Shown here in pieces: positions 9,335 to 19,124 of a DNA stretch of 64,000 nucleotides (within the stretch, counting starts at the first letter, position 1; every line of letters starts with the position of its first letter). The notes below the pieces were generated by a model. It had not been told where the DNA came from and did no database searches. It saw only the letters and a program-made list of their open reading frames with translations. The position numbers were made by a program, and so were the translations under genes. The DNA lies in the NCBI GenBank assembly GCA_026712905.1, contig JAPOPM010000175.1, forward strand, positions 4,419 to 68,418, given 5' to 3'. The DNA comes from Deltaproteobacteria bacterium (lineage in GTDB: Bacteria; Desulfobacterota; Binatia; UBA9968; JAJDTQ01).

Positions 9335-11026
9335 TCAGCTCAACGCCTGGAGGCTCATTCTGTCGGGAACGACATCGCCCATGACGCGCACGTCCACGAC
9401 GGCCGGCAGCTTGCTCGCGAGGGCCTCCGACAAGGCGCCCTCCAGGTCGCCGCGGCGCTCCACCCGTATCCCCATGCAGCCGAACGCGCGCGAAATCGAC
9501 GCATAGTCGAGCTCGGAAAACTCCGTCGAGATGAACCGAGACTCGTGAAGCAACCGCTGATTCTCCCTGATGTACTGGAGGTTCGAGTTGTTCATGATGC
9601 AAACGGTGATTCCGGCGCCATTGCGAAGCGCCGTCTCCAGCTCCTGGATAACCATCGCGAAACCGCCGTCGCCGCACAAGGCTACGACTCTCTCGTCGGG
9701 TTTCGCCAGGGAATGCGCAATGGCGGCCGGCAGGGAGAACCCCATGACTCCGAAGCCGCGCGGCCCCATGTAGGTCCGCCCCGGTCTCCGAACTTCGAAA
9801 TATTGTCCGCCCCAGATCTGGTTGAAGCCCGAATCGCAGACAAGAACGTCTTCGGCGCTCATGGTGTTGCGCAACGCGCGAATGACCTGCAGCGGGTGGA
9901 CGGGCGACGCCTCATTGTCCCGGGCCACGGCCGAGTCGATGCCGATTTCCTCGCGCCATCGCGACGTGAGCGCGGAAGCCTCCTCCTGTTGCGAATGACT
10001 GGTGGCGAGGGCGCCGTCGGCTTCGATGATGTCCAGCATGGAGCGAAGAACGGCTTTGATGTCACCCGGCAGGGCCTGGTCCGTAAAGTAGTTGCGGCCG
10101 ATCTGGGTCGGTTCGATATCGATTTGGACGATCCGCGTCTTCTTGTCTGGAACTCGCCACGCGGCGGTGTCGACATTGGTGAACCGCGTCCCCAGGGCTA
10201 GGGCGAGGTCCGCGCCCAGAACATATTCGTTGGTGGATGGACGGCCCAACAGACCGAAGGGACCGAGGCACAACGGGTGGTCCTCCGCCAGCGTCCCCTT
10301 GCCCATGAAGGTGGTGGCGACGGGGATGCCCAGCAACTCCGCGAGTTCCCGGACTTCTTCCGTTGCGCCCGATGCGATGGTCCCACCTCCGGCCAGTATG
10401 ATCGGACGTGTCGCAGTCAGCAACAGACGCACGGCGGCGGCAACATCTTCCCTCGGCGGTGTGAGCCGGTTCGCCGGAAACCAGCCGTAGCGCTGGTCCA
10501 CCTCCTGTTCCGACGGACTGAAGCCGTGCGCACCCTTGAGCACGTCCAGCGGAAGGTTCACGAGTACGGGGCCGGGTCTGCCCGTGGTGGCGACTTGAAA
10601 AGCGCGTGCCAGGAACTCCGGGATACGCGCCACGTGATCCACGGAGAAGACCTTCTTGGTGACGGGCTTGAAGACGCCGACCTGGTCGATCTCCTGGAAC
10701 GAATCCCGTCCTCGCCAATCGGTCCGGATGTCCGAGATCAGGGCGATGACGGGGATGCCGGAGTTGGAGGCTTCCGCAATCCCGCTGATCAGGTTGGTGG
10801 CACCCGGCCCGACCGTGGCATCGCAGATTCCCACCTTGCCCGTCGTCCGCGCGTAGGCATCCGCCATGTGGGCGGCGGCCTGTTCGTGCCGAACCAACAC
10901 ATGACGAATTCCAGGTCGGCGATAGATGGCATCGTAGATGTGTGTCTGTTCGCCGGGCAATCCGAACATCATCTCGACGCCGAACCTCGTCAGCGTCTCC
11001 ACCACGGCTTCTCCACCGGTCTTCAT
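9335..11026 (-). CDS. Thiamine diphosphate-dependent enzyme (acetolactate synthase large-subunit-like)
   Basis: ThDP_N/central/C-terminal architecture and a GDGGF-type ThDP-binding motif. Start placed at the internal ATG (MKTGGEAVVETL..), which is preceded by GAGGG; an alternative start is 11053. Confidence 0.75.
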   Translation of the reverse strand: MKTGGEAVVETLTRFGVEMMFGLPGEQTHIYDAIYRRPGIRHVLVRHEQAAAHMADAYARTTGKVGICDATVGPGATNLISGIAEASNSGIPVIALISDIRTDWRGRDSFQEIDQVGVFKPVTKKVFSVDHVARIPEFLARAFQVATTGRPGPVLVNLPLDVLKGAHGFSPSEQEVDQRYGWFPANRLTPPREDVAAAVRLLLTATRPIILAGGGTIASGATEEVRELAELLGIPVATTFMGKGTLAEDHPLCLGPFGLLGRPSTNEYVLGADLALALGTRFTNVDTAAWRVPDKKTRIVQIDIEPTQIGRNYFTDQALPGDIKAVLRSMLDIIEADGALATSHSQQEEASALTSRWREEIGIDSAVARDNEASPVHPLQVIRALRNTMSAEDVLVCDSGFNQIWGGQYFEVRRPGRTYMGPRGFGVMGFSLPAAIAHSLAKPDERVVALCGDGGFAMVIQELETALRNGAGITVCIMNNSNLQYIRENQRLLHESRFISTEFSELDYASISRAFGCMGIRVERRGDLEGALSEALASKLPAVVDVRVMGDVVPDRMSLQALS

Positions 11027-11056
11027 TTGCTCGCCCTCGCTCGGCATCGGCATTTC

Positions 11057-12565
11057 CTACCCTTCGACCCCGCCGGCGTTGCGGCGCCGGAACCACGCGG
11101 TCACGGGACCCCAGAGGACCGTCAGCGCCAGCGCGGCGTAGATAAACAAGCCGATGGGCGTGTTGAAAAACTCCGCGACGCTGCCGTCCGCCACGGTCAG
11201 AGACTGCCGGAGCGAGTTTTCCAGTATCGGACCCAAAACGAAACCGATGGACAGCGGTGCGATGGAGTAACCGAGCTTTCGAACGACGTAGCCCAATATG
11301 CCGGCGGCGAGCAGAACGCCGACATTGAAGAAGCTGTTGGAAACGGCGTAGATGCCGACGAAGGACAACAGCATCACCGTGGGCACGATCACCGCCGTCG
11401 GCACCGTGATCAATCGCGCCGCGAAACGGATCGCCACGAGTCCGATGAACATCATCAGGATGTTGATGAGGAAGAGGCCGATGAAGATCGAGTACATCAA
11501 GTCCGGCCGTTCCGAGAACAGGCTCGGCCCCGGCGCCAGCCCGTGTATGAGGAACGCGCCCAGCAATACCGCCGCGGCGGGACTACCCGGAACGCCCAGC
11601 GTCAACGTCGGTACAAGCGCGCCGCCGACGGTCGCGTTGTTCGCGGTCTCCGGAGCGACGACCCCTTCCGGAATCCCGGTACCGAATCTCTCCGGCTCTT
11701 TCGAGCGCCGCTTGGCCTCGGAATAGGCGAAGAACGCGCCCACCGCCGCGCCCTCGCCCGGGATGATGCCGATCACCGTGCCGATGATCGACGAACGAAA
11801 AAGGAGCTCCTTCATTCTTCCAAGCGTTTTCAACCCGGGCAGCCTGACGGTGAGGCTCGCTTCGGTGAACTCGACCGTCTGAAGGGCGCGCTCCGCCCCG
11901 ATCAGCACTTCGGACATGGCGAAGAGCCCCACGAGAAACGGCACAAGCGGCAAGCCGTCGTAGAAGTGATAGCTGCCGAAGGTGTAGCGCTCCGTGCCAT
12001 TCAGCTCATCGAGCCCCCAGGTCGTCAGGAAGATCCCCAAGCCTCCGACCAGGAGGCCCTTGGCCAGACTCTCGCCCGCCACGCGCACCACCACCACAAG
12101 GCCGAAGACGCTGACGGCGAGGTACTCGCGCGGGCCGAACTTGACCGCCAGCTCACTGAGCAACGGCGAGATGAACGCGAGGCACACGACGCTGACCAGT
12201 CCGCCGATGATGGAGCCGGTGAGCGACAGGCCCAGCGCCTCGCCCCCGCGACCGGCCTTGAACATCTTGTGGCCGTCCTCCACCGTGGCAATGGCGGCGC
12301 CGGTGCCGGGGATTCCCACTGCGATGGCAGAGATCGAACCGCCGTAAATCGCCGCGGAATAGATCCCCAACAGCAGGATCAGCGAGGGAACCGGGTCGAG
12401 GTAGAAGGTGAAGGGCAGCGCCAGCGCGATGGCTATCGGCGGGCCGAGACCCGGCAGTATCCCTATGACCAGGCCGAGGACGATGCCGCCTATCAACAGG
12501 ACGATGCTGACCGGCTGCGTGAGTTGCGTAAGCGCAAGGATGAGAGCGTCGGGATCCGCGTACAT
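11057..12565 (-). CDS. tctA: Tripartite tricarboxylate transporter permease TctA family
   Basis: 502 aa; highly hydrophobic with typical TctA motifs (GILPGLGP, GGSISAI). Confidence 0.85.
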   Translation of the reverse strand: MYADPDALILALTQLTQPVSIVLLIGGIVLGLVIGILPGLGPPIAIALALPFTFYLDPVPSLILLLGIYSAAIYGGSISAIAVGIPGTGAAIATVEDGHKMFKAGRGGEALGLSLTGSIIGGLVSVVCLAFISPLLSELAVKFGPREYLAVSVFGLVVVVRVAGESLAKGLLVGGLGIFLTTWGLDELNGTERYTFGSYHFYDGLPLVPFLVGLFAMSEVLIGAERALQTVEFTEASLTVRLPGLKTLGRMKELLFRSSIIGTVIGIIPGEGAAVGAFFAYSEAKRRSKEPERFGTGIPEGVVAPETANNATVGGALVPTLTLGVPGSPAAAVLLGAFLIHGLAPGPSLFSERPDLMYSIFIGLFLINILMMFIGLVAIRFAARLITVPTAVIVPTVMLLSFVGIYAVSNSFFNVGVLLAAGILGYVVRKLGYSIAPLSIGFVLGPILENSLRQSLTVADGSVAEFFNTPIGLFIYAALALTVLWGPVTAWFRRRNAGGVEG

Positions 12566-12574
12566 CCGTGAGGC

Positions 12575-13036
12575 CTAGGTGAATTGAACACCGAGAAACT
12601 GGGTAAAGACGGCGTAGACAAGCCCGGTCAGAACGAGCACCGTGACGTAGATCCGAATGGAGCGGATGCCCATGGCGAGGAGACTTACGGGTCCCAGCAG
12701 AACCGCCATGGGCAAGAACCCGACGCTGAACCAGACGAGGTAGCACAAGACCGCGACGGCAAGCATGAGGAGGCCGCGCCGCGCATCCCCGGCGTCGCGG
12801 AACACCGTCCGCCTCGCGTCGTTGCCGGCGGAACCGCGCAGCGCGTACAAGACGCCCACGACGGCCGCGCACAGGGCCGTGAAGCCCAGCATCAGCTGCG
12901 GGAAGAACTTCGACGGCAAACCGGAACTTGCCAGCAATCCGGTGGTCTCGAACCCTTCCGCAAGCACGCCGAAGTAGCCGCAAGCCACGACCACAACGAT
13001 TGCAAAGACGATGTTTGCCAGACGTTGGGTCAGCAT
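12575..13036 (-). CDS. tctB: Tripartite tricarboxylate transporter TctB family small membrane protein
   Basis: About 153 aa with 4 predicted TM helices, sitting between tctA and tctC. The ATG is internal (MLTQRLANIV...); the track start at 13069 is GTG. Confidence 0.65.
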   Translation of the reverse strand: MLTQRLANIVFAIVVVVACGYFGVLAEGFETTGLLASSGLPSKFFPQLMLGFTALCAAVVGVLYALRGSAGNDARRTVFRDAGDARRGLLMLAVAVLCYLVWFSVGFLPMAVLLGPVSLLAMGIRSIRIYVTVLVLTGLVYAVFTQFLGVQFT

Positions 13037-13108
13037 GTTCGATGCCTTCGACGGGACGGCGAACGGCACCGCGCAGCCCCTGCCACGCGGCGCCGTAATG
13101 CCCTGGCC

Positions 13109-14074
13109 CTACTTGCGCAACAGGCCGAGGCTGTCGAGGATAGGCGAATAGAGGTCGATGCCGAACTGAATGTTCTTTCTCACCGCCTCCGGTCCGTGGA
13201 TCCAGTGATAGCTGACGCTCTTCGGAATTTGGGCGCGGAACTCGTCGGTGTTGAGCACTTCCATGGCCGCAAGCAGCTTGTCGATGACCTCCCGCGGGGT
13301 GCCGGCCTTCACCGCCATGCCGCCATGGACCCACACCGCCGCTTCCTTGCCCGGGAAGGCTTCACCCACGGTACGTACATCGGGGAGGTCCTTCTTGAAA
13401 AAGGCTTTGCGGTTGTTGTCGAGGATGATCAGCGGGCGCACCTTGTCGCCGTACTTGTGGATGGAAGCCACCTGCCCCACGGCTACATCCACCTGACCGC
13501 CGATCAGGCCCGCCATGGTCGCGGGTACGGTCTTGAGCGCCAGCGTCTTGAATTCCAGGCCGAATTCGCTGGCGAGCTGCACCGCGCTGAGGTTGGGCGG
13601 CGCGCCGAGGTTGTTCACGCCGATGGTCAGTTTCTTGGCCTTGGCACCCGTGATGAACTCCTCGAAGGTCTTGTACGGGCTGTCCGCGCGAACATACAGC
13701 GCGTTCGAGGCCGAAATGCCGGCCATCAGCGGTATGAAGTCCTCCAGCGGATTGTAGGGGACCTTGCGGGTCAGCGGCACGATCATGAAGCTCGGCGGCG
13801 ACCAGTTGAACAGGGTGTAGCCATCGGCCGGCTTTTCCAGGACGCTCATCGTAGCCGGGATATGCGCGCCGCCGGGTTTGTTCAAGACATTGACCGGCAC
13901 GCCGAGCTTCTCGCTGAGGGCCTTGGCATTCAGCCGGGCCATGATGTCGGCGTTTCCCCCTGCCGCGAAGGACACGACGATGGTGATGGGCTTGTCCGGA
14001 TACGCGGCCAGCGCGGCACCAGCACTGAGACCCAATGCGGCCAAAGTGGCGATGGCCATGGTTTTCAACTTCAT
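13109..14074 (-). CDS. tctC: Tripartite tricarboxylate transporter substrate-binding protein (Bug/TctC family)
   Basis: 321 aa; signal peptide followed by PDKPITIVVSFAAGGNADIMAR Bug-family motif; GGAGGGAGGA ribosome-binding site. Confidence 0.85.
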   Translation of the reverse strand: MKLKTMAIATLAALGLSAGAALAAYPDKPITIVVSFAAGGNADIMARLNAKALSEKLGVPVNVLNKPGGAHIPATMSVLEKPADGYTLFNWSPPSFMIVPLTRKVPYNPLEDFIPLMAGISASNALYVRADSPYKTFEEFITGAKAKKLTIGVNNLGAPPNLSAVQLASEFGLEFKTLALKTVPATMAGLIGGQVDVAVGQVASIHKYGDKVRPLIILDNNRKAFFKKDLPDVRTVGEAFPGKEAAVWVHGGMAVKAGTPREVIDKLLAAMEVLNTDEFRAQIPKSVSYHWIHGPEAVRKNIQFGIDLYSPILDSLGLLRK

Positions 14075-14332
14075 TATGGAGTCCTCCCTCCGTCCATTCG
14101 CAACCCTATGGCTACTAATGTGCTAGATGTATGGATCATTTCTGCTCGGTGCTCCCGTATTTGTCAACCCAAGGAGGCGCTTTTCCCGACTCTCGCCCAT
14201 GGCAGCCCATGGCTTGGAAGGCGTTTCCACCGTCGGACCGCAAGACGTTACGGTCGGACACGCTCCAAACACCCAGATTGGAAACGGAAATACAGCCAGA
14301 TCAACGAGGTGCCAGGGCGTGCCGGGGCCGGA

Positions 14333-16729
14333 TCACTTCCCCGCCGCCTTGAGCGCCTGGTGGATCCTCTCGGCGGTGAGCGGAATGTCGCGCAGGCGCA
14401 CGCCCACGGCGTCCTCCAGCGCGTTGGCCACGGCGGCGGCCACGGTCAGGGCGCCGGTCTCGCCGATGCCCTTGGCGCCGAACGGGCCGTCCTTGTGGGG
14501 CACCTGCACCACGATGGGGTGGCAGGCGGCGGGCACGTCCTTGATGGACGCGATCTGGTAGTCCAGCAGGGAACCGTTGAGGAGCTGCCCGTCCTGGAAC
14601 ACCATCTGCTCGAACAGCGTCAGGCCCAGGTGCATGGTGGCCGCGCCCACGAGCTGCTGCTCGCAGTACTTGGGGTTGATGGCGGTGCCGGCGTCGCCCG
14701 CGGCGTGGAACTGCAGCACCTCCAGGCGGCCGGTCTCCAGGTCCACCTCGACTTCCACCGCGCTGGCCGAGGCGAACCAGTACTCGGTGCACTTGTCGGA
14801 CAGGCCGGTCTCGGGGTCCGTGGGCGTCACCACGGGCTGGCACAGGCCCTCCCCCACCATGGTGGTGCCGAGGCTGCCGAACTTGGCCATGAACGCCTCG
14901 GCGACGGTCATCCCCAACTCTTCGGCGCCGCGCACGAACACGCGGCCGTCGCGCGCTTCCAGGTCGGCGGCGTCGATCTCGAGCTTGCCGGCCACCGCCT
15001 CGAACAGTTCCGCCTTGACGTTGGCCGCGGCGGTGCGCACGGCGTTGCCCATGTGGTAGGTGGAGCGGCTGCCCGCGCTGATGGTGTCGTAGGGCGTGAC
15101 GTCGGTGTCGGGCTGGACCACGTGCACCTTGTCGAAGGAGATCCCCAGCTCCTCGGCCGCGATCTGCGACAGCAGGCTCTCGGAGCCCTGGCCCATCTCG
15201 ACGGTGCTGCTCAGCACGTTGGCGCTGCCGTCGGCATTGAGGATGACGATGGCCCCGGAGATGGACGGCGTGAGCACCGCCTTGACGCCGCAGGCGATGC
15301 CCTTGCCGCGGCGCTTGGTACCCGAGACGGTTTTCCCGGGCTGCTCCGTCCCCGCCGCCTCGGTTGTCTGTTGCGCCTCCTCCGGAAGAGGCGGCTCATT
15401 GCCAGGAGCCGCCGCCGTGCTGTCCCAGCCCACGGCGTCCGCCGCCCGCCGCACCGCTTCCTTCAGCCCGCAGGCATGGACCGGCGTCCCGGTGACGAAC
15501 AGGTCCCCCTCCTCCAGCGCGTGTTCGAGCCGGAACTCCACCGGGTCCGCGCCCAGGCCCCGGGCGACGATGTCCATCTGCGAGTCGTAGGCCCAGATGA
15601 CCTGGGGCACGCCGAAACCGCGAAACGGCCCGGCCGGCGGCTTGTTGGTGTAGACGCAATAGGAATCGATGGAGACGTTGGGGATCTTGTACGGCCCGGA
15701 GGAGGTGTAGCCCGACTTGTGAACGATGCGCGGACCGATCTCGGCGAAGGCGCCCGTGTCCCAGTAGACCTCGCACTTGCGCGCGGTCATGGCCGAGCCC
15801 TTGACCGCGGTCTTGAGCTTCACCACCACGCCGTGCTTGGTGACGGTCTGGAATTCCTCCTCGCGGCTCAGGCTGTACTTGACGGGCCGGCCCGTCCTCA
15901 TGGCCAGTATCGCCACGATCGGCTCGAGCTTGTTGTAGAGCTTGGCGCCGTAGCCGCCGCCCAGATAAGGCACCCGCACCCGGATGCGGTTCATTGGCAC
16001 GCCCAGCATGCGCGCCAGCTCCCCGCGCACGAAGGACGGCGACTGGCTGGCGGTGTGGATGTTGATGCGCCCGCCCTCGTCCACGTAGGCCAGCGACACG
16101 TGCGGCTCCATGGGAACGTGCTGGGCCGGCGGCGCCGTGAACACGTCCTCGAAGATGCGGTCGGCCTCGACGAAGGCCTTGTCCACGTCGCCCTTGCGCA
16201 GCTTGTAGTGGTAGCAGATGTTGGAGCGGTCGCCGGCCTTGACGTGGGCCAGGTCCGCGAACGCTCCGGAGGGGCGGATCTCGTCGTGGACGATGGGGGC
16301 GTCCGGCTTGATGGCGTCGAGCACGTCCCGCACCACCGGCAGCGGCTCGTATTCCACTTCCACGAGCTCCAGCGCCTCCTCCGCCGCGCGCCGGTTCTCC
16401 GCCGCCACCGCCACCACCTGCTCGCCTTCGTGGCGCACCCGGTCGATGGCCAGCACCGGCTGGTCCGCGAACGCCGGCCCGTGGTAGGGCGTGATGCCGG
16501 GCATGGCGGCGATGTCCGCGCCCGTAAGCACCGCGACGACACCCGGATGGACCTCGGCCCGGGACTTGTCGATGCGCACGATGTGCGCGTGCGGGTGTGG
16601 ACTCCGGAGCACCGCCACCTGCAGCAGCCCGGGCGGCTCCATGTTGCCCACGTGGAGCGCCCGCCCTGTCACCTTCTGGACGGCGTCCCGGCGGTCGACC
16701 GGCTTGCCGACGATGGAATAGTCCGCCAC
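14333..16729 (-). CDS. Xanthine dehydrogenase/aldehyde oxidase-family molybdopterin-binding large subunit (CoxL-like)
   Basis: 798 aa; Ald_Xan_dh N-terminal hammerhead plus molybdopterin-binding domains. GTG start 9 nt after the coxM-like stop. Confidence 0.85.
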   Translation of the reverse strand: MADYSIVGKPVDRRDAVQKVTGRALHVGNMEPPGLLQVAVLRSPHPHAHIVRIDKSRAEVHPGVVAVLTGADIAAMPGITPYHGPAFADQPVLAIDRVRHEGEQVVAVAAENRRAAEEALELVEVEYEPLPVVRDVLDAIKPDAPIVHDEIRPSGAFADLAHVKAGDRSNICYHYKLRKGDVDKAFVEADRIFEDVFTAPPAQHVPMEPHVSLAYVDEGGRINIHTASQSPSFVRGELARMLGVPMNRIRVRVPYLGGGYGAKLYNKLEPIVAILAMRTGRPVKYSLSREEEFQTVTKHGVVVKLKTAVKGSAMTARKCEVYWDTGAFAEIGPRIVHKSGYTSSGPYKIPNVSIDSYCVYTNKPPAGPFRGFGVPQVIWAYDSQMDIVARGLGADPVEFRLEHALEEGDLFVTGTPVHACGLKEAVRRAADAVGWDSTAAAPGNEPPLPEEAQQTTEAAGTEQPGKTVSGTKRRGKGIACGVKAVLTPSISGAIVILNADGSANVLSSTVEMGQGSESLLSQIAAEELGISFDKVHVVQPDTDVTPYDTISAGSRSTYHMGNAVRTAAANVKAELFEAVAGKLEIDAADLEARDGRVFVRGAEELGMTVAEAFMAKFGSLGTTMVGEGLCQPVVTPTDPETGLSDKCTEYWFASASAVEVEVDLETGRLEVLQFHAAGDAGTAINPKYCEQQLVGAATMHLGLTLFEQMVFQDGQLLNGSLLDYQIASIKDVPAACHPIVVQVPHKDGPFGAKGIGETGALTVAAAVANALEDAVGVRLRDIPLTAERIHQALKAAGK

Positions 16730-16738
16730 GCGATTACC

Positions 16739-17596
16739 TCACGACGCCGCCAAGGCGCTGAGCGTCCGCTTGATCCAAACCCGGGTCATTTCGCGCTTGT
16801 AGTCCGCGCTGCCGCGCAGGTCCGACACCGGGGAAATCTGCGGGTCGACGACGTCGCACACCGCGTCCCAAAGCTCTTCCGAACAATGCTCCCCACGGAA
16901 CCGGTCCAGCCCGGCGGCCAAGAGCGGCGCTTCCGCCACGCCGCCGAGGCCCAGCCGAAGCTCCCCAACGTCATCCCCATCCAGGGACAGCAACGCCGCC
17001 ACCCCGATGCACGGCCAGTCGTTGGCCGAGAGCGAGCTGAACCGCGAATACGCCGTCCGGGCCGCCGCGTCCAGGTGCGGCACGTGCACCTCCACCACGA
17101 TCTCGCCCGGCTCCAGCACCGTCTCGTACATGCCGCGGTAGAAGTCCTTGAGCGGGACCAGCCGCGTGCCCTCCCCCTTGGCCAGGACCACCTCCGCATC
17201 GAGAACCAGAAGCGCCGGCGGCGGGTCGAGCCGGTAGTCCGCATGGGCCAGATTCCCGCCCACGGAAGCCGTCTCCCGGATGCGCACGTTGCCCACGTGG
17301 CTGAACGCCTGTGCCAACGCGGGCGCACGGCGCTGCACCAGCGGCGAGCGCTCCACCGACCGGTGCGTTGCCATCGCGCCGATGCTCAGGCCATCGTCGT
17401 TGTCGGTGATTCGTTCGAGCCCCGGAATCGACTGCAGGTCCACCAAATGGGAGAAGCGCAACGCCCGCTGCTTCATCAGGATCACGAGCGTCGTGCCCCC
17501 GGCGATGGCCCGCGCCTCGTCGCCGTGTTCGAGAAGCATCTCGCTGGCTTCAGCCACGGAGCCGGGTTTCAGCAGGTCGAAAGCGGGAATGGTCAT
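16739..17596 (-). CDS. FAD-binding medium subunit of molybdenum hydroxylase (CoxM-like)
   Basis: FAD_binding_5/CO_deh_flav_C motifs (AIAGGTTLV). Start at the internal ATG (MTIPAFDLL); the track start is TTG. Confidence 0.8.
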   Translation of the reverse strand: MTIPAFDLLKPGSVAEASEMLLEHGDEARAIAGGTTLVILMKQRALRFSHLVDLQSIPGLERITDNDDGLSIGAMATHRSVERSPLVQRRAPALAQAFSHVGNVRIRETASVGGNLAHADYRLDPPPALLVLDAEVVLAKGEGTRLVPLKDFYRGMYETVLEPGEIVVEVHVPHLDAAARTAYSRFSSLSANDWPCIGVAALLSLDGDDVGELRLGLGGVAEAPLLAAGLDRFRGEHCSEELWDAVCDVVDPQISPVSDLRGSADYKREMTRVWIKRTLSALAAS

Positions 17597-17680
17597 GGCG
17601 GTTCGGGTGCCCGGCAAAGCACGGGCCGGGATTGGCGGGATTTATAGCCTCTACGGTCGTCGTTGACAATTCACACCATA

Positions 17681-18022
17681 TCACGGCGCCGCACCGGCTC
17701 TGCCCGGCGGGAGCTTGGTGTCCGCCATGACTTCCACCGACAGCCTCAGCCCAAGGCTCTCCAAGACAGCCTCAAGAGTAGAGAAACGGGGATTGCCCTT
17801 CCGCGACAGCGTCCGATAAAGGCTCTCACGGCTCAAGTGCGTATCCTCCGCGAGTTGTCTGATGCCGCGGGCTTTCGCCACATCGCGCAGCGCCAACAGG
17901 AAGACATCCGATCCGATTCCGGACCTGTCTTCAAGAGCAGCGGTCAGATAGGCCGCAGCTTCCGCAGGGTCCTGAAGGTCTTGATGGAGGATGTCTTCGT
18001 AGGGAACCGTTCGTCTCGCCAT
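17681..18022 (-). CDS. higA: Addiction-module antidote protein (HigA-like HTH antitoxin)
   Basis: 113 aa; matches the 'putative addiction module antidote protein' family. Lies 4 nt downstream of the toxin gene in a toxin-first order. Confidence 0.7.
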   Translation of the reverse strand: MARRTVPYEDILHQDLQDPAEAAAYLTAALEDRSGIGSDVFLLALRDVAKARGIRQLAEDTHLSRESLYRTLSRKGNPRFSTLEAVLESLGLRLSVEVMADTKLPPGRAGAAP

Positions 18023-18026
18023 ATGC

Positions 18027-18359
18027 CTACCCTCCGAGATAGTCCGCCCAATACTCCTGAGCCTTCCTTATATCTTCCGTCTGGGTCCTCTTGGTTCCGC
18101 CGGACAGCAGGAGGATGAAACGGGGCCCATCCTGTCCAATATACACCCGATAACCCGGACCAATATCCACACGCAGTTCCAACACACCACCACCCACAGA
18201 CTTGTAGTCACCGAGATTGCCCAAGCGAAGTCGTGCAATCCTGACCCGAATACCGTTTCGCGCCCTTCGGTCCCCGAGATGCCGCAGCCAGTCCGCGAAC
18301 GGGGCGGCCCCGTCTCGCGTCACATACGCCACAACCTGTCGGAGACGTGTCTCACCCAT
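18027..18359 (-). CDS. higB: Addiction-module killer protein (RelE/ParE-superfamily, HigB/Gp49-like toxin)
   Basis: RARxRIxxRIxRLxLGNLGDxKxVGxGVxELRxxxGPGYRVY pattern typical of this family. ATG at 18357-18359; the track start at 18392 is TTG. Confidence 0.7.
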   Translation of the reverse strand: MGETRLRQVVAYVTRDGAAPFADWLRHLGDRRARNGIRVRIARLRLGNLGDYKSVGGGVLELRVDIGPGYRVYIGQDGPRFILLLSGGTKRTQTEDIRKAQEYWADYLGG

Positions 18360-18501
18360 ACCGCATGGTAGCGCATAGGCTACTTTTTGCAACCTTTGAC
18401 GGGGAGCGGGTCAATTCAAACCCGAGTGTGGCTGCATCGCCCTTACCTCCAACGAAACCCGCCTTGCCGTGCCACCCGCGCACTGCAAGAATGAAGCCCT
18501 C

Positions 18502-19107
18502 ATGACCATCGGGATTCTCGCGTATGGATCGCTGATTCCCAATCCGGGAGCGGAGATCGGACCTTTGACGGCGCGCCGGATCGGCGGTGTGGAGACGCCG
18601 TTTCGGGTGGAGTTCTCCCGCACCAGCCGCGTGCGCGACGGGGCGCCGACGCTGGTGCCGGTGGACCGGGGCGGGGCCAGGGTTACGGGGGTCGTGCTGG
18701 TGCTGCACGACTCGGTCACCGAGACCGCGGCCCAGGACATGCTCTACCGGCGGGAACGAAACCGGGTTGGCAGCGGCGATCGCTACGCGGACGTGGACCC
18801 GGACGACCCGGACAGTGCCTTTCTGGGGAGGTCCGACGGCTTCGCCGGGCTGGACGTGGTGTTCCACGCGGCGTTGCGGGCGAACATCGTGGAGCCGACG
18901 CCCGAACTGCTGGCGCGTCTGGCCATCGCGAGCGCCGCGGCGCCCTCGGGGGCCGTGGGCAGGGACGGCATCCGCTACCTCATGGACGCGATGCAGAGCG
19001 GCATCGGGACGCCGCTCATGCCGGAGTACGAAGCCGAAATCCTCCGCCAGACGGGCGGCCGCGACCTGGAGGAAGCCCGGACCATCGCCCTGGGCAGGTC
19101 GCGCTAG
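18502..19107 (+). CDS. ChaC-like gamma-glutamylcyclotransferase family protein
   Basis: IGILAYGSLIPNPG resembles the ChaC WIFGYGSLMWNP motif. Overall layout is similar to glutathione-specific gamma-glutamyl cyclotransferases. ATG at 18502; the track start is GTG. Confidence 0.55.
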   Translation: MTIGILAYGSLIPNPGAEIGPLTARRIGGVETPFRVEFSRTSRVRDGAPTLVPVDRGGARVTGVVLVLHDSVTETAAQDMLYRRERNRVGSGDRYADVDPDDPDSAFLGRSDGFAGLDVVFHAALRANIVEPTPELLARLAIASAAAPSGAVGRDGIRYLMDAMQSGIGTPLMPEYEAEILRQTGGRDLEEARTIALGRSR

Positions 19108-19124
19108 GCCCCGTATCCGTCGTT

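Noticed and set aside
10277-12571. 764-aa plus-strand ORF
   Set aside because: Antisense to the ThDP enzyme and tctA; R/D/E/H-rich with no domains.
12584-17647. 1687-aa plus-strand ORF, the longest in the track
   Set aside because: Antisense to tctB, tctC, coxL-like and coxM-like genes. Its composition is G/R/A/H-rich and low-complexity, with no recognisable domains. This is the typical stop-free antisense frame of a GC-rich genome.
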